From: an uncultured cyanobacterium
GTDB lineage: Bacteria > Cyanobacteriota > Cyanobacteriia > Cyanobacteriales > Cyanobacteriaceae
Direction: 5' to 3'
Length of the DNA stretch: 64,000 bases
Assembly: GCA_963710605.1 (NCBI GenBank)
Contig: CAVQBA010000006.1
Span: forward strand, 288,001 to 352,000
Shown here piece after piece: positions 11,170-21,107 of this stretch; position 1 is the first letter of the stretch, and each line of letters opens with the position of its first letter. The translations under genes and the position numbers were made by a program. Under the pieces are notes generated by a model. The model was not told the origin of the DNA. It saw nothing but the letters and a program-made list of their open reading frames with translations, and ran no database searches.

Positions 11170-12030
11170 TTAAACATCAGTAATTATTCCCGTAACCACG
11201 ATCGAACTACGTTTTCTTTCTTTAGCTGTTTTTATATTCTGTTCGGCTTGTTTGAGTAACTGATGACTATCTATTGTATAGGCAGAATCGGCGATCGCAC
11301 CACCAACAAATACTTTAAGAGGCAAAGTTGTACCGTCGGCTTTTTGTAAAGGAGATTCTGTCAGCTTTTCGATGAGATATTCACCATGCTCGGTGGCTTC
11401 TTGACCAATTAATCCTAAAGTAAGATAGATAAATATATTATTGTTGGTGACTCCGATGAAGCTATCAGCCGAAGCAACACTACTTAATCGATTAGAAATG
11501 GCTCGATAAATAGCATTTTCTTGCTTTTCTAAAGTATTACTTTGATCAGATTGGGCTGGTTCGATCGATAATAAAAATACGCAGAGGGAATTGTAACGGC
11601 TATTACTCGATTGATTACTTACTTGCTGTAGTAAATAATTCGTTAAAATAACCGCTGAATCTTCTTTGAGTAAGCCTGTAACTGAATCATTTAAGCCAAA
11701 AGCTTGTACCAATTCTTCGTTTTTTTGCTCGTATATCTTACTTTGTTGTTTTTGTTGAGAAATATCTGTATCGCTTGATTGTAATTCAGATTCTAAAGCC
11801 TGAATTCTCTGACGTTGTTTAATTGTTTGCAATCCTCTTTTGATAATAGTCGGAATTGAAAGTAATAAACTGATAATAATTCCTAAGCCCAAAGTAATTA
11901 AAAGAATAATTGCTAAAGATTGTTGAAATTGCCATACACCAAGACTAATGACTACTACAGTCGAATTCTGAAACGCAAATAGAATTGCGACTATGGCGAC
12001 AATTAATCCACTAATGATGAGAATAGTCAT
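11170..12030 (-). CDS. LapA-like (DUF1049) membrane domain plus coiled coil plus degenerate GGDEF-like domain
   Basis: N-terminal AILFAFQN...W TM pair; C-terminal DSVTGLL and LLKQAEQNIKTAKE resemble GGDEF-domain ends, but there is no GGDEF motif. Confidence 0.65.
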   Translation of the reverse strand: MTILIISGLIVAIVAILFAFQNSTVVVISLGVWQFQQSLAIILLITLGLGIIISLLLSIPTIIKRGLQTIKQRQRIQALESELQSSDTDISQQKQQSKIYEQKNEELVQAFGLNDSVTGLLKEDSAVILTNYLLQQVSNQSSNSRYNSLCVFLLSIEPAQSDQSNTLEKQENAIYRAISNRLSSVASADSFIGVTNNNIFIYLTLGLIGQEATEHGEYLIEKLTESPLQKADGTTLPLKVFVGGAIADSAYTIDSHQLLKQAEQNIKTAKERKRSSIVVTGIITDV

Positions 12031-12124
12031 ACAATTTTTTAACTTTCAACTATATCGTTGATTTATATTTTCTACCTATGATTATATCAAGATCACGATT
12101 TTAATAAATAGAAGATTAATTAAA

Positions 12125-12228
12125 TATGGCAGAAAACAAGATGGTTAGGACGTTATAAATCCCCACGGGTCCCCTTATAAAGGGGGAAATACAATTAAAG
12201 TGTCCTAACTCACCCGTTACTTGCTATA
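12125..12228. mobile_element. MITE-like element: imperfect terminal inverted repeats around a CCCCTTATAAAGGGG hairpin
   Basis: TATGGCA...GTTAGGAC / GTCCTAAC...TGCTATA ends; the left end is nearly the reverse complement of 56759-56785. Confidence 0.65.
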
Positions 12229-12435
12229 GTATTGAAGTTATCTTCTGACTAACTTTTCTTTTAGACATCAAAATATAGTTTGTTGATTAAAAAGTAGTTA
12301 TCGATTAAATTTGTGACAAAGTATTCGATCGTTAAATATTGCTAAGAATTGTAAAATTTGAGTTGAAAATGAGTATAAGCTGATCAAACTTCAAAAATAA
12401 ATGTTAATAATTTTGTTACTGTTTTGGTAAATTAC

Positions 12436-13335
12436 CTATCGATCGATTTTAATTTTATATAAATCCATAATATTGAGATTAAAATTAACTTTTAGAAAAC
12501 GATTTATTTTCAATAGTTCGATCGTAAATCCTTGAACATCGTAATTTTTTTCTTGTAATTTTTTGACTAATTGATAACTTTTATTGTCAGTTAACATTTG
12601 CTCTTCAAGTTTTCTTTCTTCTTCTGATAAAGTTTCTAAAGCTAATAAAAGTAAAGTTCCTTCTCTGATACTTTGGATTTGTATAGGAGTCAAAGTTAGG
12701 TTTTGTAAAATACTTTTTTTGAGAGTAGTTTTCTGATTATTAGTTTTACTTGAACTATTCTTAGTTTGATTCTTATTTTTAGTTTTTTCTACTCCTTTTT
12801 GATTAGATTTATTGATAGTATTGAGAAAGTTAGTGGGATTGGCTATAAATTTTTTATGGACAATCGCAATTCTTGTGGCATCTCCTGCGGCAGTATGTAG
12901 TTTAATCTTTCCTACATCAACTCCTTTAAGATTTTTAACTTCTTGAGCTAACAAATTATTGAGTTGAAACAACTTATTAATAACTTCCAGTGAAAGACGA
13001 TTACCATCAGATAAGTTAGCGATATTTTCTTGTAAATCTTCTATCTTTAATTTAATCAAATCAACTTTAGCTTCTTCAAGTATTTTCAAATCTTGACGAC
13101 TATCCCAAAAAACAAAAGTATCGAAATTATATTTTTCGAGCATTTGCTTAATAATTTGTTTTAATTCTCGCAAGACAACATCTAGTTGTTGATGATAATC
13201 AAATTGATAATGGTTAAAGTTTAATTTTTTCTTGTTACTAAACCAAGCACAAGCAATTTCTGTTGGTTGTTTATGTCTTTTTAGATCAATTACTTTGTCT
13301 TTAAATTCTAAATCTATATAAGCAATTTTACTCAT
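12436..13335 (-). CDS. Hypothetical protein with DEDDh 3'-5' exonuclease-like N-terminal domain
   Basis: IAYIDLEF...EIA (ExoI), WDSRQDLKIL (ExoII), HTAAGDA (ExoIII). Confidence 0.6.
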   Translation of the reverse strand: MSKIAYIDLEFKDKVIDLKRHKQPTEIACAWFSNKKKLNFNHYQFDYHQQLDVVLRELKQIIKQMLEKYNFDTFVFWDSRQDLKILEEAKVDLIKLKIEDLQENIANLSDGNRLSLEVINKLFQLNNLLAQEVKNLKGVDVGKIKLHTAAGDATRIAIVHKKFIANPTNFLNTINKSNQKGVEKTKNKNQTKNSSSKTNNQKTTLKKSILQNLTLTPIQIQSIREGTLLLLALETLSEEERKLEEQMLTDNKSYQLVKKLQEKNYDVQGFTIELLKINRFLKVNFNLNIMDLYKIKIDR

Positions 13336-13544
13336 TGTTTTTTGGTTAGTAATTCTTGAAAAAAAGGATCATCAATAAAAAATCATTAATTTAACCTGTG
13401 AATAATCATCTAATCACATTAATCTTAAGTTATTAATTGTTAATGAATATACTCTATTTTCTTGTAAGTTAGATAACATAATAATCAAGAAAGACTAACT
13501 CGATCGAGTTGGTTTAATTATTAGTACAATCATATTAAAAATAG

Positions 13545-14000
13545 ATGACCAGTATATTAAGTGAAGCAGGTATTACTGCTGATGACTATTGTCTTTTCGG
13601 ATTAGCCACTTGTTTTGTCAGAGAAGAAGGAGAAACCAAACAAATAGAAGTTATCGAACCCATCCCCTCAGCGGCAATAGAAGCACTATTAAAAGGAATT
13701 CCGACTTCTTACAAATTAGCCGTCGCTAAAAACGTAGGTGATATTATCAATGAGGATAAGTTACAAAAACCTAGTGAATTTCCTAGTGATAGTCAATTTG
13801 GTGAAAACTTTATTGAAAGAACTTTTGCGGCTACTCGTACCTACAAAAGTAAGCCCTCCGCTCAAAAATATATAGCTTTAGGTAGCTCTAAAACAGATTT
13901 AAACTACTCTATGGAAAGAAAAAGAATTTTGAATAATGCTAAGGCTGTATCTGATGATGATAATGTCAAACAACACCCTCATACTCATAATAAAGTTTAA
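13545..14000 (+). CDS. Conserved hypothetical cyanobacterial protein
   Basis: 151-aa ORF; DDYCLFGLATCF, EPIPSA and DNVKQHPHTH look like a conserved cyanobacterial family. Confidence 0.75.
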   Translation: MTSILSEAGITADDYCLFGLATCFVREEGETKQIEVIEPIPSAAIEALLKGIPTSYKLAVAKNVGDIINEDKLQKPSEFPSDSQFGENFIERTFAATRTYKSKPSAQKYIALGSSKTDLNYSMERKRILNNAKAVSDDDNVKQHPHTHNKV

Positions 14001-14761
14001 GACAGTCTAATTGATAACGCCTAATGTGACGAAAATTATTGTGTTTGAATGTAATCGGTTTTAAGCTCTTCTAAGCTAGTTAAAAAAGGTTTTCAAGAGC
14101 TTTTTAGATAAATTATTTAATCATTACTTTAGTATAATAATCACAGCAAAATTGAAAGAAAAGCGATCGTGCTTGATTTTAGATAGCTCGATTGTAGTTA
14201 GTAAATAAATCAAATACTTTTCACATTAGACGTAATCAAATAATTTAAAAAAGTCGCTACACAGCAGAATATATAACCAATCAAATATGCTCAAACTATA
14301 CGGTGCTAGTCAAAGTCGTGCTTCAATCATTAAATGGTATCTAGAAGAAATAAACGTAAAATACGAATTTATTTCAGTCGATTTATCAGCAGGTGAACAT
14401 TTACAACCACCTTTTTTGAAATTGAATCCGATGGGTAAAGTTCCTGTTATTGTCGATGAAGAAGTTACCTTATTCGAGTCAGGAGCGATTTTACTTTATT
14501 TAGCTGAAAAATATGGGCAAGAAATTACCTCTTTAGCTCAAAGAAGTATTATTAACCAATGGATTTCATTTGCTAATTCAACTTTGTTTGTTGGTTTATT
14601 TATTGAAAAGATTAGAGAAAAAGAGATGCCCAGACTATTATCATCAATGGATAATATTTTAGCAAATAATTCTTTTATATTCGGTGAGCAATTTACAGTG
14701 GCTGATGTAGCTGTAGGTTCGATGTTAGCCTATACTCAAATCCTTTTAAAGTTAGATTTAA

Positions 14762-16141
14762 CGAGACGGGGAGTTTGAGGGGCAATAAATCCTCGCTCCT
14801 TTAGGACGGGGATACATGGACACCTCAAGTAAAATTGAAGCCCTCAACGAGCGATAAATTTTACAATCTATGTTATAATTTTATCGTAAACTTGAGTACG
14901 TGATAATGCTAAAAGTCGTCAAAGTAAGATTGTATCCCACACAGCCACAGAAAACGCAGTTATCAAAGGCGTTTGGTTGTACTCGTTGGCTACATAACCG
15001 ATTCTTGGCTTTGACAAATGAGACTTATAAAAGCACTGGTAAAGGGTTATCTCGCTATGATCTACAAAAACAGTTGCCAGAACTCAAAAAAGAACATGAG
15101 TGGCTAGGCGAAACTTACTCTCAATGTTTACAAGTAGTATGTCTAAATCTATCTCGTGCTTTCATCAACTTCTTTGAAAAACGATCGCCTTCAGGCGCCG
15201 AGCCTTCAGCTCGATCGGCTTTTCCTCGATTCAAGTCTAAACATGGCAAGCAATCATTGTCTTATCCTCAAAATGTAAAAGTGCTTGACAATTGTCTCAA
15301 GTTTCCTAAACTTGGTGAGGTCTATGCTAAAGTACATCGACCCATTGAAGGCAAGGTAAAAACGGTTACTATCAGTTTGAATAAAGCTGGTCAATACTAC
15401 GCTTCAGTTTTATTCGAGGATAGTAAAGAAAAGCCTAAGCAATCAACTGACGGAAAAGCGATTGGTATTGATATGGGATTGACTCATTTTTGCATTACCT
15501 CAGATGGTTCTAAATATGATAATCCTCGTTGGTTAGAAAAGCATGAGCGTAACCTAATACTGAAACAAAAAGCATTGTCACGCAAACAAAAGGATAGCAA
15601 TAACCGCAACAAAACAAGGGTTAAAGTTGCCAAAGTACACAATAAAATATCTCGTTGTCGAGAGGATTTTCAGCACAAGCTATCACGCAAGATAGTCAAC
15701 GAAAACCAAGTTATTGTAGTTGAAAATCTCAATATCAAAGGTATGGTCAAAAATCATTGTCTAGCTAAATCTATCTCTCAAGTAGGTTGGGGTAGTTTTA
15801 TGACAATGCTGAAATATAAAGCAGAAGATGAAGGTAAAGTATATCTAGAAATAGATCGCTTTTTCCCTAGTTCTAAAACCTGCTCTAACTGTTTGAATAT
15901 AGTTGACAGTTTACCCCTTGATATTCGTCACTGGACTTGTAATAGTTGTGGAACAAAGCATGATCGAGACATAAACGCCTCTATCAATATAAGAGATGAA
16001 GGTATGCGAATTATTTCCTCTGGAACGGGGGATAAAGCTTATTGTCCAGATGTAAGACGTAGTAGAGGCGGACGAAAGAAAACTACTACTACGCTATCTG
16101 TTGGATAAGAAGCCTCACGCCTTTAGGCTGAGGTAGTTCAC
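14762..16141 (+). mobile_element. Non-autonomous IS200/IS605-family (IS1341-type, tnpB only) element, 1380 bp
   Basis: Subterminal hairpins at 14791-14811 and 16113-16133; left target TTAA, right end TCAC; no target duplication; no tnpA. Confidence 0.9.
14906..16108 (+). CDS. tnpB: RNA-guided endonuclease TnpB
   Basis: N-terminal VRLYPT...FGCTRW; RuvC GIDMGL, VVENL, DRDINA; zinc finger CSNC...CNSC; ATG at 14906 (ORF track starts at GTG 14900). Confidence 0.95.
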   Translation: MLKVVKVRLYPTQPQKTQLSKAFGCTRWLHNRFLALTNETYKSTGKGLSRYDLQKQLPELKKEHEWLGETYSQCLQVVCLNLSRAFINFFEKRSPSGAEPSARSAFPRFKSKHGKQSLSYPQNVKVLDNCLKFPKLGEVYAKVHRPIEGKVKTVTISLNKAGQYYASVLFEDSKEKPKQSTDGKAIGIDMGLTHFCITSDGSKYDNPRWLEKHERNLILKQKALSRKQKDSNNRNKTRVKVAKVHNKISRCREDFQHKLSRKIVNENQVIVVENLNIKGMVKNHCLAKSISQVGWGSFMTMLKYKAEDEGKVYLEIDRFFPSSKTCSNCLNIVDSLPLDIRHWTCNSCGTKHDRDINASINIRDEGMRIISSGTGDKAYCPDVRRSRGGRKKTTTTLSVG

Positions 16142-16161
16142 GCTCTTATCCTCATATTAGC
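15980..16161 (+). ncRNA. Predicted omega/reRNA of TnpB; scaffold ends at 16141, guide is the downstream GST flank (5' boundary approximate)
   Basis: Inferred from the established IS605 architecture; the right-end hairpin is visible. Confidence 0.55.
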
Positions 16162-16537
16162 CAGTATCTAGAGAAAATTACTCAACGCCCTGCTTTTAAA
16201 AATACGATCGGTAAAAGATAAATAGACAATTTTGAGTAGAATCAACTATAGTAAGGCGAGTGTTAATGTTTAATTGAGCATCTTTTTTCGATTTTACTCC
16301 TTTTGCGACTCATAGTGATTTAATTGTTTTTGCCCATTAAAATCAAAAATTATTTGTAGATGATTTGTTTGAGTAACTAAATTCGAGCGATTACCAAAGA
16401 AATAGTTTACACTAGGATGTCAGAGAAAAAAGAAACAAAAATTGTCTCTATCTGTCATTAAGTAATAATATGTTTATTAAAATTATTTCCCGTATTTAAA
16501 TATATGCTGAATCGGGATTATCATCAGGAGTAATAAT

Positions 16538-18553
16538 ATGGTCAAATTTTATGCTTTTATTCTTAGCTGTTTAAGCATTGTGTCTTTAGCTACACCCGCT
16601 CAAGCAGGAAGACTATTATTTTGGCGATTTGATGATAATCAAAATCGTCTTACTTTTACAACAGATCAAGGTGTACAACCTACGGCTCAACTAATAGCTA
16701 ATCCAACTAGATTAGTGATCGATTTACCAGGTACAGTCTTGGGGAGACCGACAATTAATGAAAGCTATCGTGGCGTAATTACTAGCTTAAGAATTGGTCA
16801 ATTTAATAGTAATACAACTAGAGTTGTCGTTGAATTAGCTCAAGGATATGTCTTAGATCCACAACAAATTAAAGTCAAAGGCATTTCACCTACTCAATGG
16901 GCAGTTGATCTACCTAACCCTCAAAGAGGTAATTTTCCTTCTTCTCAAAATAATTCTTCTAATAATACCTCTAATCAAACTGTTACTCGCCCCGTTAATC
17001 CACCAACGAACAATCAGACAACTACAACTAATAATACGAGTAATTCATCTACTAGTAGTGGTGATGATGGCTTACTGATTACATCAAGTGGCTTAGTTGT
17101 TAATCTTAATGGCAGTTATCAAAATGGTATTGAAATAGAACGTAGTCAAGATCGCCGTGAAATAACGATCGAAATTGATCAACTCAAAGTTCCAACTAAT
17201 TTAATTAGATCTTGGCAGGTTAATCAATATGGTGTAAGCGAAGTTAACGTTACTCAGACCAATGAGAATAAGGCTACTGTGACGATGAAAGTCGATCGTG
17301 ATAGCCCAGAATGGCAAGCTACATTTATGCGAACAGGAGGGCTTTTGATTTGGCCTCAAGGAGGAGTTAGCAGAGTCAAAAATTTATCTTCTCCTCAAGT
17401 CATTAGTAATAACAACAACAATAACAATAACAACAGTAAATCTATTTCGGTTATTTCTCCTTCGACTAATTCTAACAATAATGTTATTGAAGTAAGTCAA
17501 AGACCAACAACTACTAATACTACTAACAATAATCAAACTGCTATTCTTGATTATCTACAAATTAGCTACAACCAATTATTGATTAAGAGTAATGTCTCTA
17601 TTCAAGCAAAAGCTAACTGGATTAATGGAAATAAAGTTTATCAAATTCGTTTAGAAAATACTAAGCTATCACCTGTATTTCAAGATCCAACTCTGCCTAA
17701 AGATAGTCCGATCGCTCGATTACGGATTTTAGAACCGAATGATAAAACAGTAATCCTCGAAATTGAACCAGCAAACGATACTCAAATTCAGCGTTTAAAC
17801 CAATTACGTAATAATCTTTGGACTTTAGCCTTAAATAAAGATCGTAATTTTGCTCGTCAAATACCAATTAACACAAGAGTTCCTATTAATCAAGGTTCAT
17901 TAACAATTGATCCATTTAATAACACTCCTACTCGTAACAACACTAATCCTAACTCTATTGCCGTTACACCAAGTCGTCCAACTACGATTAATCCTTCAGC
18001 CGTAAAATCGAAAGCTGTAGTATTTATCGATCCCGGTCATGGTGGAAAAGATCCAGGTGCGATCGGTATAGGTGGAATACAAGAAAAAAGAATTGTTATG
18101 GCAATTTCTCAAAAAGTCGCCCAAATTCTTGAGCAACAAGGAATACAAGTACGTATGACTCGTGATAGCGACTATTTTGTCAGTTTAGCAGGACGGACTA
18201 ATATGGCAAATAAAGCCAATGCTGATTTGTTTGTTAGTATTCATGCTAACTCAGCAGGAAGCAATAAACCTCAAGTAAGTGGCTACGAAACTTATTACTT
18301 TCAAACTGGTAAAGGTTTAGCTGATGTAATTCATCGTAATGTCTTAAGACGAGTTGACGTAAGAGATCGTAAAGTTAGACAAGCTCGTTTTTATGTTTTA
18401 CGTAAATCAAGTATGCCTTCTGTGTTGGTGGAAACAGGTTTTCTTACTGGTACTGAGGATGCGGCTAAATTAACGAATCCTACCTATCAAACACAAATGG
18501 CACAAGCGATCGCCTCAGGAATTATTGAGTATATTCAAGCTAATCGTCTTTAA
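16538..18553 (+). CDS. amiC: N-acetylmuramoyl-L-alanine amidase with AMIN domains
   Basis: Signal peptide; AMIN motif NPTRLVIDLPG; Amidase_3 motifs IDPGHGGKDPGA, FVSIHAN, LVETGF; upstream of murI. Confidence 0.92.
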   Translation: MVKFYAFILSCLSIVSLATPAQAGRLLFWRFDDNQNRLTFTTDQGVQPTAQLIANPTRLVIDLPGTVLGRPTINESYRGVITSLRIGQFNSNTTRVVVELAQGYVLDPQQIKVKGISPTQWAVDLPNPQRGNFPSSQNNSSNNTSNQTVTRPVNPPTNNQTTTTNNTSNSSTSSGDDGLLITSSGLVVNLNGSYQNGIEIERSQDRREITIEIDQLKVPTNLIRSWQVNQYGVSEVNVTQTNENKATVTMKVDRDSPEWQATFMRTGGLLIWPQGGVSRVKNLSSPQVISNNNNNNNNNSKSISVISPSTNSNNNVIEVSQRPTTTNTTNNNQTAILDYLQISYNQLLIKSNVSIQAKANWINGNKVYQIRLENTKLSPVFQDPTLPKDSPIARLRILEPNDKTVILEIEPANDTQIQRLNQLRNNLWTLALNKDRNFARQIPINTRVPINQGSLTIDPFNNTPTRNNTNPNSIAVTPSRPTTINPSAVKSKAVVFIDPGHGGKDPGAIGIGGIQEKRIVMAISQKVAQILEQQGIQVRMTRDSDYFVSLAGRTNMANKANADLFVSIHANSAGSNKPQVSGYETYYFQTGKGLADVIHRNVLRRVDVRDRKVRQARFYVLRKSSMPSVLVETGFLTGTEDAAKLTNPTYQTQMAQAIASGIIEYIQANRL

Positions 18554-19429
18554 TTTTGAATCAATTAATAGTTTACATACTTGGGTATTGAGAATTAGTT
18601 AACTTCTATTTAATTAATTATGGTAGCTATTTTCTCATGTGGTGTACGAACTAAAAACAAAATTATAAATAGCTTTACCTAAATAAAAAATAGTTTGTAG
18701 TTACCCCTGATGGTGTCTAAAAAGCGATTAAGATAAGGGCAATAGCCCTAACTACGAACTTAATCTTTCTGACGTTTAATTAATTGGGGCTACTTACAAG
18801 CATAGATATATTATGTATTATCGTAATTTGCTATGTGTTACATGAGTTGGAGTAATATTTTTTGGTCTTATAGTGGTAATTTAGTTAAAGTTAGGATATA
18901 TTTTATGTGAATTCTTAATCAAAAATATATACGGCTCAAAACTAATTACTGACAATCCAAAATGTGGTCATTAAATACTTACTGTCAAACTAATGATGAA
19001 ATCGCTAAAAGATCAAGTGTTCAATTTTATAATTAGTAGGTAAGAATAATTATTTTTTGCTAACAGATGATTATTGATAATTTGTCTTGAGTTGTCTATT
19101 TTTTTAAGCTAACTTCACTGAGATATTAATTACTAATGAAACAAATTATTAAATTTTATACTAAAGTTAGTTGAGATTCGATAATTAAAAAAATACTTAG
19201 TCAATACTTCTTTGGGAATAGTTACTCTTAAGTAGGGTAGCGTAGTTCTTTTTTATTTAATTTAAGATAAATAAGGGAATTAATTGAGTCTTTTTTGATC
19301 TATTTTAATATCCGTAAAAGTGAAAAATAATCAAATTATTCCTATCGGAGTATTTACATTTGTAAGTAGTTTTGCTTAAATTAAGATAATTTTAATAATC
19401 TTGAATAGCTATAATTAATCAGCAATAAT

Positions 19430-20299
19430 ATGAAACAATCTTTAGGTAATAGAATCGGTGTTTTTGATAGTGGTGTGGGGGGTTTAACGGTTCTTCGGAA
19501 ACTTTTTCGTCATTTACCGAATGAATCAATGCTTTATTTTGCTGATACTTTACGTCTTCCCTACGGAAGTCGTTCACAGCAAGAAATAATTCTTTTTGTC
19601 AGACATATATTAGATTGGATGCAACAACAACAAGTCAAAATGGTGATAATGGCTTGTAATACAAGTTCTGCATTAGCTTTACAAACTGTACAATCTGAAT
19701 ATAATTTTCCGATTTTAGGTTTAATTCATCCTGCGGCTAAAGGTGCTGTTGAAAATGGTCAAAAAATAGGCGTTATTTCTACTGTCGCTACGGCTAAAAG
19801 TAATGCTTATTACAACGCAATCAAAGAAGTTGATCATAATGTTGACGTTTGGCAAGTAGGATGTTCTGAATTCGTACCTTTGATTGAGCAAAATCGCATT
19901 TATGAATCTTATACCAAAAAAATAGCTACAGAATATTTAACTCCTTTAATTGACAATCGTATTGATAGTTTAATTTACGGTTGTACTCATTATCCTCACT
20001 TAGAAGGTGTTTTAACACAAATTTTACCTGAATCAGTTAAATTAATCGACCCAGCCAACTATTTAGTTGAAGCTGTTGAAAAAGAATTAAAACTACTCAA
20101 TTTATTAAATAACACAGGTAATTTGTTACCAACTCGTTTTTGTGTTAGTGGTAATCCTGAAGATTTTGCTAAAATTTCTAAACAATGGCTTGGTTTTACT
20201 CCCACAGTAGAAAAAGTTCATCTATCTACTGATGATAATTTGCTTGATTTACCCGTTAAAACCGAAACACTTTTAGATAATCAAAAAATATATGCCTAA
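19430..20299 (+). CDS. murI: Glutamate racemase
   Basis: IGVFDSGVGGLTV, PYG, ACNTSS, GCTHYP. Confidence 0.97.
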   Translation: MKQSLGNRIGVFDSGVGGLTVLRKLFRHLPNESMLYFADTLRLPYGSRSQQEIILFVRHILDWMQQQQVKMVIMACNTSSALALQTVQSEYNFPILGLIHPAAKGAVENGQKIGVISTVATAKSNAYYNAIKEVDHNVDVWQVGCSEFVPLIEQNRIYESYTKKIATEYLTPLIDNRIDSLIYGCTHYPHLEGVLTQILPESVKLIDPANYLVEAVEKELKLLNLLNNTGNLLPTRFCVSGNPEDFAKISKQWLGFTPTVEKVHLSTDDNLLDLPVKTETLLDNQKIYA

Positions 20300-20617
20300 A
20301 GTATTAATCTGTAATTTTGAGTATTTAGTCTAAACTAAAATCACTATAACTTCATTTTCTCCAATTACCGTTAACTTTGGTTAATTTTAATCATCGTTGA
20401 TGGTTTATTTATTTTTCAAGGTTTATTACTACCTTCAAGTCGTTTTTTTCCTTGACAAAAAGGAGAATTTTTTGTTCTGGCGGAGTATTATTAAAAAATA
20501 TCTCAATAACACAAAAAGATTATTAGTAAAAACTAAGTATTATTTCAGCTACATCTTATTTAGTTTGGATAAAATAAAAAGAGATTATTAAAAACAAAAC
20601 AATTAATTTTTTAAATT

Positions 20618-21100
20618 ATGAAAAGAAGAACAATGTTAAGTACTAGTGTAGGTACGATCGCATTTTTATTAGGAATTACAGCAACCAAATCATCAGTGAG
20701 TCAAAAACCAGACAAAATCGATATGTCAGATGCACAATGGCAAGAAAAGCTAACCTCTGAACAATATAATGTTTTAGTCAAAGAAGGAACAGAAAGACCT
20801 TTTTCGAGTAAACTATACGACGAAAAAAGAAAAGGTATCTATGCTTGTGCGGCTTGTAATACACCGTTATTTGAATCGAAAGCTAAATTTGATAGTGGCA
20901 CAGGTTGGCCTAGTTTTTATCAAACAATTGGTGATAACGTTGAAACCAAAAAAGATTTTAAACTAATTTTACCTCGTACAGAATATCATTGTGCTACATG
21001 TGATGGACATCAAGGTCATGTTTTTAATGATGGCCCCAAACCTACAGGTAAACGTTATTGTAACAATGGTGTTGCTTTAAAATTTATTGCTGAGGCATAA
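20618..21100 (+). CDS. msrB: Methionine-R-sulfoxide reductase with twin-arginine-like signal peptide
   Basis: GTERPF, CAAC, KFDSGTGWPSF, CATC, GHVFNDGP, RYCNN; N-terminal MKRRTML. Confidence 0.95.
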   Translation: MKRRTMLSTSVGTIAFLLGITATKSSVSQKPDKIDMSDAQWQEKLTSEQYNVLVKEGTERPFSSKLYDEKRKGIYACAACNTPLFESKAKFDSGTGWPSFYQTIGDNVETKKDFKLILPRTEYHCATCDGHQGHVFNDGPKPTGKRYCNNGVALKFIAEA

Positions 21101-21107
21101 TATCAAC

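Larger units (their letters stand above)
14287..16221 (+). pseudogene. Glutathione S-transferase interrupted by an IS200/IS605 element
   Basis: GST motifs LNPMGKVP, LFESGAILLYL, FTVAD; joining 14761 to 16142 restores ...KLDLSSYPHISQYLEKITQRPAFKNTIGKR*. Confidence 0.9.

Noticed and set aside
14762-14905. Possible IStron (group I intron) that would rescue GST by splicing
   Set aside because: Only about 140 nt precede tnpB and no group I core is recognisable
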